64,000 bases of DNA, from contig OZ320313.1 in assembly GCA_976226885.1 (NCBI GenBank), forward strand, positions 165,726,001-165,790,000. Direction: 5' to 3'. The notes below the pieces were generated by a model. The model had not been told where the DNA came from and made no database searches. It was given only the letters and a program-made list of their open reading frames with translations. The position numbers and the translations under genes are program-made. The DNA comes from Iphione sp. A-MEVVRFRX5. Lineage: Eukaryota. This document shows, piece after piece, positions 52,257 through 64,000 of this stretch (positions are counted from its first letter, which is position 1; every line of letters begins with the position of its first letter).

Positions 52257-53188
52257 TGATTCTACCAATTTTTGTACCAGTCTCGGAAATTACAAATTAC
52301 TTGTTTAAGTAGAAGTAACAGGTGATTTCTGTTATTTAGATTAAAATTGTCAGTGCCATGAGAAAGAATAACTAAAATGCTATCTATTGATATATGATTT
52401 ATATGTGTGCATGTAGTGTTTTGGAAGAAATTGAAGGGGCAGTGCTTAATTTTTTAGTTCTGTTAACAATTTTTTAAACTGTTTCTTAAATTTAAAGGTA
52501 ATTTTTATGTAATTTGCAATAAGTGCATTGATGGTGAAATGAGAATGAATACTCAAAATATTTAGATCAAAAGTCAGTAAATAAAAGATGATTTTTCATT
52601 ATCTAAGAACCAGTGCTAAGTTGATAGAGATTTAATTGTAATCTCCGATACCATCTTTTAATGCCTATGGAATTGAGTAATGTAAATGATAATTAACACA
52701 GTTTTTGTACTATTCTAGTGAGGACACTTTCATTATTAATAGACTGATATGAAAGAATGTGACAATGAAGTTATGTTTGTGCTATGAAAAATTCAAATAT
52801 GAAAAAGAGACAGTAGACAAATGCTTATGTAATCTCTGAGATGATATATTTTTAATGTTTTCAGTATTTGGAAGTGAGTTAATGGTGTATTATCCATAAG
52901 ATCCAGTGCAAGTAACATTGATTTTTATTCTATAACATATAAGACAATTCACTTTTCACTATTTTTCCAATAGGTTAAAATTCAAACATTTGTATTTTGG
53001 TCTCAGAGATTACATACTTTTTCATATAATTCAGGAGGAGGGCAATAATAATAGGGCAAGAAATATTTATTTTCCAGATTTATTACTGGTATGACATTGG
53101 CTTTTCATCTTTGTATACAACACTATCACAAGTATATATTTCTTTTCTTGTGTAATCTCCGAGAGTGGTACAAAAATTGGTAGAATCA
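52257..53188. mobile_element. AT-rich foldback-like non-autonomous element
   Basis: 38-bp inverted repeats (52257-52294 / 53151-53188, 36/38 match). A TGTAATCTCYGAGA-like motif occurs five times in both orientations. Confidence 0.7.
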
Positions 53189-53880
53189 GTCATTTGTATT
53201 TTGTATAATTATTTTCATGAAAAAATGAATAAATGATTTATCATATTTCTAAGATATGTCTTTGGTGTGGCTTTATTTATATAATGACTATTCTTATAGA
53301 ATGATTTCCAATAGTATACATGTGTTAATAGAGAGAGAGGGAGGAAGGGATATTCTTTCAGTCCTGACTCCCTGCTCAATCGATTTTCGACCAAACTGGC
53401 TATTACGAGCATTTGAGCTCCCACCCAACCGCTGTTCGGAAATAGAGACTCTACTTTATATACATGCAAGTGGCAAAGAGTTTGGTGTGTCGGTTTGCGG
53501 CATTGCGTTTAGTAGCAGATTTTAGACGCTAATTTTGTCAACCAGTGAATCTTCAAATCCCTTAGTGCATTATCATCTCATTGACGCCAGCCTCAGTGGA
53601 GACATCTGGTGGAGTGTAGGGTGCCACATGGCCACCTGCTGCTCTCAAGAGTGCCTCTCCCGAGTTTCTCTTCCTTGATTGCCATCTCTGAAGTCTGCAG
53701 TTGTGATATATGTGGTCCCACATAACCGGTTACTTTATTATTACTTGGGCTCAATCGGATGGTTTCCTGCCTGGTTCCGGTCGAACCTTATCACTAAATT
53801 CCTTAGAATCGTTGTTATCACGTGTATACATGTAATTCCTGGGTAAAACCCGTCTGAAACCATTGCCCTCTCCCTTTCTG

Positions 53881-54026
53881 NNNNNNNNNNNNNNNNNNNN
53901 NNNNNNNNNNNNNNNNNNNNNNNNNNNNNNNNNNNNNNNNNNNNNNNNNNNNNNNNNNNNNNNNNNNNNNNNNNNNNNNNNNNNNNNNNNNNNNNNNNNN
54001 NNNNNNNNNNNNNNNNNNNNNNNNNG
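53881..54026. other. Assembly gap (146 N)
   Basis: Run of N. Confidence 1.
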
Positions 54027-55075
54027 GTGGAGGGGGGGGGGGGTTCCTAGTTGGAACAGCGCAGCCAGAAGAGCAGGCACGGTAATCACCCTTATATTTC
54101 CCGAACGTCCACATACACACAGAGAGAAAATTGCTCCACTGAGAGAGGCAGCGGGATATGAAGGCAACCATAACAAGCCAGCGAGGACCCCAGCCAATCG
54201 GGCCTGAATCTAGTCTGATGATGATAACCACTGTTGCTGAGATCGATTAATTCTGTTAGAACAAGAGGTAAGCTACCCATGGCTGAAGCATTTACGTGTA
54301 CACATCACCATTTCGGACGATGCCAGTGTGTTCAAGAGGGAGACCAGTTTATGACCTTTTTACTCATATAAAGGTTTATTTCCCTGTGAAGAGTACCTTT
54401 CCTGTTTCTGTTTACACGAAGGCAATATTCAAGGTTCAGCAAATTCCATAGATAGGATGTACAAGTCACGCAAATCTTCAAGAATCTTTTCTAGGAAGGT
54501 GGAACAAATCAACCCCAAATTTCCCAAATCTGTGTTGGGAACGCAAAAAGTATCTACAGCCAAAAGACATTAGGCCTAGTAAAATAAGTTTTGTCTTTCT
54601 GGTATCCAGAATATCTTGTGAATATCTTAAGTATATATAACGATAGAAACATCTGCTATACATCCAATGTTTTCTTAGGTCACTAGATTTCATTTGATGT
54701 AAGTTTTATTTTTCAAGATTTAAGTTGGACGAGTGGCATCAATGTATACATTTGTAGGTGTCTGTATGAATTAACACTGGTAAAAAAATAAAAATAAAAA
54801 ATGTGACCTACTGACCGATCCTCAATTTTTTTTTAGCCTGTTACCAGAAACTTGTTTACACCTTAAGAACAAAACATGTACACCCAGGAGGTTAAGTAGC
54901 AGCACCTGAAGGTCCAACAGCTGTCTTTCTATTGAGGATTCCTCAGAGAAGCAAACTCCTTGATAGCAACTATGTGTATTCTGAACAGACTTGGGGGACT
55001 AAGGCCACTTTCTATCGCTCTGATTAAGGGTAATGGGGGCAAACCAGACCTACAGATCCACCATCACAAATGATT

Positions 55076-55257
55076 TAGAGTGCAACCTCTCTACTATGGA
55101 AAGCAAAGGGACTGACCAAAAAGTGTCCATAAAGAGGGTTGTCCTTTATAGCAGGGGTATTTAAACATGCTTATACAGATTTGGTTCTGTTGCCATCCTG
55201 TACATAAAGTGAGGTGTTCTTTATAGAGAGTGTCTTTAGTAGAGGGGTTCCACTGTA
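55076..55257. mobile_element. MITE, inverted copy of 46801-46980
   Basis: Ends AGTAGAGGGGTTCCACTGTA; interior AAAGGGACTGACCAAAAAGTGTCCATAAAGAG is the reverse complement of 46921-46951. Confidence 0.85.
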
Positions 55258-55550
55258 TTAATATATCATGTCAAAGCTCCAAAAACATGTTCTGGAATGA
55301 TGTGCTTTTCACGTAAAGAATCTCACAAAGCAGTGATATTATCCCACATAACATGCAAACAGGTGGGCTTTGCCATGGGTTGCAGCTGGGCCCCAGCTGG
55401 GCTAGCCCAGAAACTCTCCTGTACAGAAAGTAATAAAACTGCTTCCTGTTTCACCACTAAAATGGAGCCATTATTCTGCCTTCACTTTTTCCATCGGGAT
55501 CTGTGCGATGTGGTGGATGGCGTCACTGACTAAGGAACAACCGCCACAGA

Positions 55551-55567
55551 GTGCTGCCCCCTAGCAG
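55551..55567 (-). promoter_or_regulatory. CTCF-type motif
   Basis: Reverse complement CTGCTAGGGGGCAGCAC. Confidence 0.45.
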
Positions 55568-56100
55568 TCACACACCGAAGCTCCTTATTGCTATAGCCGC
55601 CATCTGACTGAATGCCGTCCAACTAATGATGCACATCCCCAAAGCAGTCCAGACAAACCGGTATGCATTTGTCAGCGGTACTAACTGATCAAGCTGAAGA
55701 AACTATTACTAAACAGATTTCAAACATTTGAGGGTACAGTAAGATTTGTGTCCGTGCACTTCAGTACACTATCTACATAGTCCATTACTATAACTTTGCC
55801 GAATAATTTCAATTGTTCTGTAACACATGAAAGTTGTACTACTTATGTGTATGTTATAAATAGTTTACATAGTCTGTATATATCGGTATATATTGTGTAT
55901 AGATTGTACATAGACTTAAAAACCTGCACTGATGATTGTAGAAAAATCCTGGTACCAGTAGGAATACCAGGTAAAATATTGGAATAAAAAAAGTTTATTC
56001 CTGGATCAGATTTATAACTCGCCTTGGGACATTACGTTCGGAGGTTTCTTTGTAGAATTTAACGTCATCATAGAAATTTGTTAAATATATACACGAATAC

Positions 56101-56116
56101 TGCTGCCCTCTGGTGG
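56101..56116 (-). promoter_or_regulatory. CTCF-type motif
   Basis: Reverse complement CCACCAGAGGGCAGCA. Confidence 0.5.
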
Positions 56117-56862
56117 GTCTTTCTCACACCAATGTCCTGTACACATTCAAGATTAGGTGCATAAAAATGTATTTTACCTATGCCGTTAAACAGCTGTTGA
56201 GTTATCGATAAAATCATACATTACCGGTCATGGTTGTACTCCTTTTATCGACGTACCATATACCCTGACTATAACGCTTAAAGCTAACCCTAACCTAACC
56301 CTAACCGTTTAAGCAATGTGGGGAGAGACAGCATGCTTTGAGTTGGTAAGTGCATACCGATTATCTGTGTGTAATAGATGCAGTGTAATAATCTAATGTA
56401 AGGCATGGTAAATTAGAATGGAACCGAGTCATCTGTTCAACACAAGCAGATGGCTGCAATACCATCCACGAAGGTAAATTCTGTGGACAAATCACTCAAA
56501 CCTTCATCGTGGTTCTAATCCAGGTTTGACCTTAGTTTTCATGCTGACGATCTGGGTTAATTACCGCAGAATTCTTTTAGAAATAACATTTTCTTGGTGA
56601 CTTTGACAAAAAAAACTAGCGGAGGGATAGGCGCAAAGTGAAAATGAAAGGAGGAAATATCAATGAGGAAGAGAGAGGGATAAAGGTCCAATATGTACAC
56701 ATGATGTTTTAATCGTAATGATTGAATGGAACTTGTTTATATCTCGGGTAAACATTCAAAACAATAAACGCAGTTTTAAAAATGTTTTCTGATGCATAAA
56801 CGGTATACCTGTAAAGAGAGTGGGATATAAATGCACACAGAGTATAAATCCATACATACACG

Positions 56863-57045
56863 TACAGTGGAACTCCTATTTATGACCACCCCTTGGGTCT
56901 AGCCAGAAGTAGTAGCATTAGTGAGTTTGGTCAGAGATAGATAATTGTCAATATAAAAAAATCAAGCCTTCTGTTCCAAGCTTAAATGGTTGGAAATTGG
57001 ATTTGGTCGGAAAAGGATTCAGTCAGAAATGGAGTTTCAACTGTA
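56863..57045. mobile_element. TA-flanked MITE
   Basis: TACAGTGGAACTCCTATTTATGACC ... GTCAGAAATGGAGTTTCAACTGTA. Confidence 0.8.
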
Positions 57046-57916
57046 CATTTATCTATATTTTAAATTTGAATTGGAAAATAGTTTACTGAGCATCCACATA
57101 ATCTATATTAGATGTATCTATAATACGTAATAGTGCTAGATATTGGATATAATATTAGGTTTGATGCAATGGTTAATTATATGCACATAAAATGGAGGTT
57201 TTTGAAAAAATAACTGTAGTTGAGTATATAATGTTTTGCTACAGGGTTTAATACAAGAGATGATTGATAATGTCACATATCATCTGAAAGCCCTTGAATT
57301 GCATGTTATTTTGAAACTTTGCCATTTTATATTTTGAGTTGCCATAGCAACAGGACAAGATTGAATATATGATATGACTTAAAAAAAGTGCATTTGATTT
57401 CCCCTAATTTCTATCAGTGGCATGCAAATTTGAAAAATATTGCCTCTAGAAGAAAATGTTCACCCTAAAAGCAGGTGATTTCTTCTGTTCTGATACCTAA
57501 TTTGTCTCTGTATGTGATCTGAAACACATTTTATCATGACCTGTAAGTATACTTGTCTCATGCAAAATAGTGCATCACCAAATGCATCAGCATCACTGAT
57601 GTATCATGGGATATATCAAAAATAGACATAATCACAATTGATTAAAAAAATTGAGTCAGCTATGAATCCCAACAAAACATACTATGAATTTCCTCATCAC
57701 TTTCATGGCAGTAATTTTTAAAAAGTCTCTGAATTGCATAAAATATGTATATAATAATCACAGAATATCATTTAATAATTATATGTAATTTTACATCTCA
57801 ATAAAGAAGGTTATAGGACATCATAATTTATACTTTTAGTATTGTTCCCACTTATGATTCACTGAAAACCTGAGTTTAGCTATAAGGGTAGTCCCTCTAG
57901 TATTTCTCATTTTGCA

Positions 57917-58215
57917 GTGAGTTGTGGTGTCCTACAGGGGAGCCTATTCGGCCCCCCACTATTCCTCATTTGCGTTAATGATTTATCACAGATAGGGTTA
58001 CAGTGAAGAATGATACAGTATGCTAATGGTACTGTACTGCTCATAAGATCATTAACGTTGGCACGGGTAGTGAACATTATGCAGCAGGACTTAGACAAGG
58101 TAGCAACATGGTGTAGAACAAACAGAATCCTACTGAATGCATCTAAAACCAAATATATAATGTTTAGTTATACTGGGGGGGCTGTAGGAGACTCACAAAG
58201 GGGTGGGGAGACTTA
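57917..58215 (+). mobile_element. Decayed non-LTR retrotransposon (CR1/L2-group) RT fragment, part 1
   Basis: VSCGVLQGSLFGPPLFLICVNDL..*..QYANGTVL...MQQDLDKVATWCRTNRILLNASKTKYIMF matches the GVPQGSxLGP, YADD and LNxxKT motifs; TGA at 58004-58006. Confidence 0.9.
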
Positions 58216-59086
58216 GGCCCGGTTTCCATACATGCAGCAATGTCTGTCAGCATTTCCATGTGGTAAATTATGTCATTATTGGTATATTGGATATCAGTGG
58301 AGGGTGTTCCATACCTGCGGCAGTGTCTGTGTGCATTGACATGCGTTGATGTGCATTGCTCATTATCGGTCCCTTCCCGTAAATTTATGTATAAGACGTA
58401 TGCAAAAGTCCTTACTCTTGGAGTGCTACCGAGTGAGTGGCCAGCATTCTGTCTGTGCCTCCCTTTTAAACCTGTGTACACTGTTGTCATTGGTGACAGG
58501 TCTCACAGTGCTAATTCTTCAGGTAAGGTTAACTTATTTAGGGGCGGTTTTGGTTTTCCACTATATATCACACAGTCTCGACAATGTCACATCAGGCACA
58601 TGATAGTTGAATTTAGGTAATGTAATATTATTTTATTGGATGATTTTACACAGTAGGAAAGATGTCCTCCCTTTCTAGGGGTTCAGTTACTTAAAGAGCC
58701 TGTTGTGTGGGTACAGTTTGTTTTTTTCCCCGTAAATTTGCCACAAACACATGACAACACACAGCAATGCACTGGTATTTCCTCATTTTGACTCACTTTG
58801 ACTCACTTTTGAATGTGACTACTACACATTTCCGCACATTTCTGCAGGTGTGTGTCCTTTTCCGCACTTTTTCCCATCATTTTTGCCACTTTTCATGGCT
58901 TTTAGCAGCATATTTGTCCTTTTTCATCATTTTCCCCATCATTTCCTGCACTCTCCCACACACTCAATGAGGACACCCCTGTGCATTGCTATGCGGTGAA
59001 AGTACAACACAGACCAATGCACTGGAAACACACACAGACCTCTGCTGCATGTCAAAGCACAATGACACATGCAAGGAAACCAGGCC
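58216..59086. mobile_element. Non-autonomous PIF/Harbinger-like DNA transposon inserted in the LINE
   Basis: GGCCCGGTTTCCATACATG ... CATGCAAGGAAACCAGGCC inverted termini, flanked by TTA (58213-15) and TAA (59087-89). Superfamily inferred from TIR and TWA flanks. Confidence 0.7.
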
Positions 59087-59259
59087 TAACACAGACAAGA
59101 AGCTACAAGTACCTAGGATTCATCTTGGACGGGCGTTTAAAATTTAACGTCCATTGCGAGGTACTTAAGAAAAAGGTTGGATATAAGATGTATATGATAA
59201 AGCGTATGAGAAGGTACATAAACGAGAAAGGCACTTTTCAAATATGTAAATCAATGATC
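59087..59259 (+). mobile_element. Decayed LINE RT fragment, part 2
   Basis: TQTRSYKYLGFILDGRLKFNVHCEVLKKKVGYKMYMIKRMRRYINEKGTFQICKSMI is the typical post-RT KYLGxxLDxxLxF region. Confidence 0.9.
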
Positions 59260-62200
59260 GAATCAGGTAATAGGGTGTAACTGCTTTATGATGTACGGAT
59301 CGAGAAGTAAGGGATGCCCGGGGGGGCTGAAGTAGACGATCGGAGGGGTATACAAACTGTCATCAGGTAGAAACAGGAGTGAGACAGAGGTACAGTTACA
59401 TAGGAGGAGGTGGTTACCTCTACATTTAGAATGTAAGAAACGGTGATTAACCATAACATGCGGGAAGGTATCTACGGAGAATGATAATTATGTGCAGCTG
59501 CAGGGTGACAGAAATAGAAGGAACGTTAGAATGAGAGTAATAAGGCCAAAGAGGGAAGCTTCCAAGGGGAGTTGCATTTATGAGGGACTGGTAATGGATC
59601 CTTCGCCAGCGGTTGAAGTAAGGGGTAGTGCTGACGTCATTTTTACATAATTGTGACATTGTCCAAATTTCGAGCAATCTGATTGGTTGATACCCATGAT
59701 GACGTCGCAAATGTAATTTCTATCATGGTTAAGCGCTGATCGGCTCATTTGGAATGAGCAGGATGGAAAAATAAAAGGGAACGGGATCTTTGAGAATTTA
59801 AAAGGGCGGTTAAAGTTGTTACATGGGACCTGTACGATCGACACGTACAGGAAAGTTCAAGGGTCCATATTGGGTAGGTGTTGAGCCACGTAAAATGTTA
59901 ATAGTTATTAGTCCAATAGTATTAAAGAGTGGATAGGTAATGTGTTATGCGGCAAAGGCTACAAGAATGGAATGTTCGTTAAACTTTGGAAAATCATCAT
60001 AATTTTTTTTTCAACTTCACATACTACCATTGTCATAATCACCCAGTACTAACAGTCGTCATAATTCATACTAATAACTGTAAATGAGTTGCAATCCAAA
60101 TAGTATGATAAGTTTTCCGTACTTGAGGAAATGAGTTAGACTTTGGTGTTAACCAACAAGTTAAATAACTGGGCTGAGCGGTCCAATATTGTTATTTTCA
60201 ACTGAGAAATAGAAAAAAATAAGTTGCTTTAAGCCCAGAGGCAGAGTTTTTACTTTCTATCATGTAACAAAGTGACAAGGAAAGATGCGACAAATAATCC
60301 TAAGGACCTAGCTCTTGTTTCCTATATGAGGTTTATATCATTCTGTATGTTTAAAATCCGTAGCGTCATGAGAAACAGGGCATGATTTTTTCGATTTCTG
60401 GTATTTAGTTGTGGGAGCTAAGAGTTAGCCAAAAAATGTACCTTTTTAAATGCTACAGAAATGATCTTAGGGATTGTAAGCAGAATTAGTTTCATGGAAT
60501 TGATGGTATACATGTGTATCATTTCTGGTAAGATGAGATGCATTACCTGTTTATTTCACCACGATGTATCGTCTTCATGTTCAGTAAACCAATAATCTTA
60601 TAATAAAGGAAGATATCTCTGTCTAGTCTGGCCACTTGCTGCTTTGCTAAAAGCGGTATCTTCAGGGGCGATTATATCCGTTATTGTTAGGAAATCCAAT
60701 CAACGGAAGGAATTTTGTGTTTGTTCTTCGTATGATCAAGTCAAGTAAAAATTGTGATTGAACTGTGAGAAAAGGCTTGCCAAGAATCCTCACTATCTCT
60801 TGCTTATAGGATGTTAGAGTATCTGGTATTCCAAAATGCATTCTAGAATATATATGGAATATACACACTGTATATGTATATAACTGTCAGAGCATCTATT
60901 GGCTATATCCAAGGTGACATGTATTGTAAGATGCTGTTGTTATGTAAAGATGTTCGATATGACGCACTGCATGTACAACGTCACTCGCTTTGAATTTTTT
61001 TATTTTACATATATATAGTAAAGAGAGTTTGTGCTCCACCAACTTGTGTTTGTTTATCATTTCAATTGTGCGATGTTATATGATATATATAAAGTTCTCT
61101 GCATATATCCAATGTAGTTGGATTTTAATAGCTTCTAGTCATTGCCAAGGTTAATAGAGTGATATAAATAGGTTTATTGAAGAATGTTTCTCGTTAATTA
61201 TTTTCATTCACTGCTATACTATACTTCTACGTAGAAAACAGCAATAAATATCCCAAGGACGATGAGAGTAAAAAAAAGTTTGCATTGTGCCAGGAGTAAT
61301 GATATATCGTTGCACATGTCTCCATATTAGATTTTTAAAAAATAAGCCGTATGCCAAATTTTGGAGGCATGAAGCTCGTGCGTAGTGATTGCGAGGAGAA
61401 GTGGCACAACAACTGTTTGCATCACTGCCTTCTACCTCCTTCTAAGAAAAAAGTCCCACACTACACTACTTGCAATACTCAACTCCTTGTCCATGTTTCT
61501 GTTGACCGCCTCACCCTCCCGCTCTCTTAAATTATGTGTTTCTTATTTCCCGATAAGGGCGATGTAGAAAGATCGATAATTTCCTACATTTAGTGCGTGT
61601 TATTCCCATTATTTTACTGTATCTACTATATATATACTATACTCGCTATTTTATCATTAACAAAGTATAATAAAGTGAATTTGCTGTCCCCCTCAGCTTC
61701 TTATGGCATGTGCTAAAGGATCGGGTAATGGGGAAATACTGCAGCCCTTTTATCTATGCTTACATTAATTAGTTCTTTCCAATGCAAGATTCTTGGCGGC
61801 CTAAATTTGTATTAATGTTATCACAGCCAAACTGGATGCTGCACTGCCAAACTTTCAGTTAATTGAAACGGGGATCCGAGTCGACTTGCACCGTAATGAA
61901 CATATGCCATAAACCATCGCACACAATGATAAACTTGTGTCTCGACCAAATGAAAGAGTCCTACCAGAAGATCTGTCATCTTCAAACGGTAATCGTTTCT
62001 GAAGTTATCATAGAGAGAAAAGACCTTATATTGATAATTGTCAATATAATATTGCATCCAGTAGAGTCCAGAAGAGTTACGTTAGTTTAATGTTTGACTT
62101 CTGGTGAAAGTCGGTCATAGGGAGTACGTTAATACACCGTATCAGTTGGTGAGAGCTTAAGTATTAATGAACCTTATATTTACTAACCGTATCATGAGAG

Positions 62201-62746
62201 AGGCGATGGGACGGGATCGGGATGGCTGGATGGTGGATGGGGGGGGGGTTTCTTAGTGGGAGGGTCGGTTTGGAGCTTTAATTCATAGTATAATGACACC
62301 AGGACCCATCGAGGTAGAACGCATCTACGCCCAACTGCAACACTGAAGGACGTTTACCGGCCGTGGCTGAGAAGCAACCATGGCAACGATACAGATGTAA
62401 GTATTAACACTTCACAATTTGTGATCACCGTTTCTTTATTCGGTGGAGAGCCATCTTAGGGAGATATCTCCAATAGGGACATCCCTCTAATAGGGACACC
62501 CTTTTTTGAAGAACAGAATCATCTCTGTAGTATTAATATTGTTAGTGGAGGGAAGGCGAAAGGATTTCTCACATTTCATTGGGAGGTGTATATATATGTT
62601 CGTAGAGAGGTGGAAGATTTCTAAAGTTTCTACTCAAGGGGGTTCTGCAGAGGGAATCACCAGTTGCCTGAGGTACCTTTCTCACTAATAAACATCAAGT
62701 TCATTATTTGACCTGGTCTGCAGTTCTTCATGGCAAAGGCTAACAA

Positions 62747-62849
62747 GACCCCTGATGAAGGCAGTTTTTCGCCGAAACGTTGGGAATTGTAATAAAGCCG
62801 TCCTAAACCTGACCTCCTGTGTGGCGTTGGTGTGTTTTCTACACTTAGA
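62747..62849 (+). mobile_element. 103-bp Penelope-like pseudo-LTR / retrozyme-like insertion with 14-bp TSD
   Basis: Exact direct repeat GCAAAGGCTAACAA at 62733-62746 and 62850-62863; contains a hammerhead core followed by AATAAA (62791-62796); no poly(A) tail. Confidence 0.75.
62749..62784 (+). ncRNA. Minimal type I hammerhead ribozyme
   Basis: CCC-CTGATGA-A-GGC(AGTTTTTC)GCC-GAAA-C-GT-T-GGG. Stem I is CCC/GGG, stem II GGC/GCC, stem III a loopless palindrome (AACGTT). NUH site GUU; predicted cut 3' of 62781. Confidence 0.75.
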
Positions 62850-64000
62850 GCAAAGGCTAACAATATCGAAAACTATGCCCCGTAATGGTCCTCCTTTAAC
62901 CGACGACCTCATAACTGACAACACACCCTATCTGACACAGGAACTAAACACGAAAAATCAATTGAAAATATTTCCAAATCCAACAAATCTCATATATCTG
63001 ATGAGATCTTAAGGAAGCAAAATGTCCAAAAAGGGTGGACCACTGTATTAAAGTAAGTGTAAATATGTGCATCATGACAGAAGTTTCTTTATGGAATATG
63101 AGAAGTCCTTTCATATTTACGAGAGCCTCCTGTTAGAGTGGGTCTGGGCCATACATGGTAAGGGCAGCTTTCCTAAACGGTGTCAGCGAAGATTTCTGCA
63201 GGGGAGGGGTTAGATATAACCAGACTGACAATCTGTGTTTCTTTTTGAGCCAAAAAGAAAACTTCAATAGAGGCCGGCACAAAGACTATGATCGCAAGCA
63301 CCTATTAGTCTAGGTGATAGTTTTACTCACAAAATAAGCACAAAATATGTGTGTTCAAGTAGACATTCAAGCATAATATGCCACCATATTAGTAGGCCGT
63401 CCTGGAGATGCAGATCCACAGAAAATAGACACGCAGATCTCAGAGATAAGGATTATGGTATAGATATGTCATTTTTGCCTAACATTTATTGTTATTCTAT
63501 ATTTATTGTTATTCAATATTCGTGAGAAATGTGATAATCTTCTGTAGTTTGGTCGGTGTCACTTGCAAACTCATAAGTCGAAGCAACCAGTGCGAAAAGT
63601 GTTGATGGTTATAGCAAGTAGCCGTTCAAAAAAATATATCAATATCAAACTGAATTTACATTGATGATAAACGCAAACTTGTAGTTACATGACCTCTCAG
63701 GTGGTCTGAAAATATGCTGTATTAAAAGGTTGTAGACTGAAACCTCTTTACTACGAACAGCAAAGCGACTAACCCAAACCTATAAATAAAGAGGGGCATC
63801 CTTAATAACAGTATTTAAGTGGCATTTAAACATTATTATGAAGATTTGGTTCTATTTCCAGCCTGTACTTAATGTGGCATGTCCTTAATAGAGGGCAGAA
63901 GGTACCCTTAACCCTTTCATGGCATGTAGTGCATTGACGCATTCCCGTGGTCTGGGCAGGTAGTGTGTAATGCTTTAATGCATTATATTTAACGCATATA

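Noticed and set aside
53751-54231. ORFs spanning the N run
   Set aside because: Artefacts of the assembly gap.

Overview
Repeat-rich, mostly non-coding animal genomic DNA (bilaterian invertebrate-like; species not determinable), with one assembly gap (53881-54026). The only convincing intact coding sequence is the first coding exon of a subtilisin/kexin-type proprotein convertase, most similar to PC1/3 (PCSK1), on the minus strand at 35915-36220. Upstream lie an ATG-free putative 5' UTR and a GC-rich promoter with two perfect CRE palindromes, GC boxes and a CTCF-type motif. About 21 kb downstream (14581-14667) is a frameshifted, stop-containing relic of the expected second prodomain exon; I found no later convertase exons. 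The rest is tRNA-derived SINEs, TA-flanked MITEs, decayed LINE fragments, a nested Harbinger-like insertion, an AT-rich foldback-like element and many micro/minisatellites. The most striking small feature is a 103-bp insertion (62747-62849), flanked by a perfect 14-bp target-site duplication, carrying an intact minimal hammerhead ribozyme core of the Penelope-like type. All calls are by-eye reading and remembered family motifs; no database searches were run.
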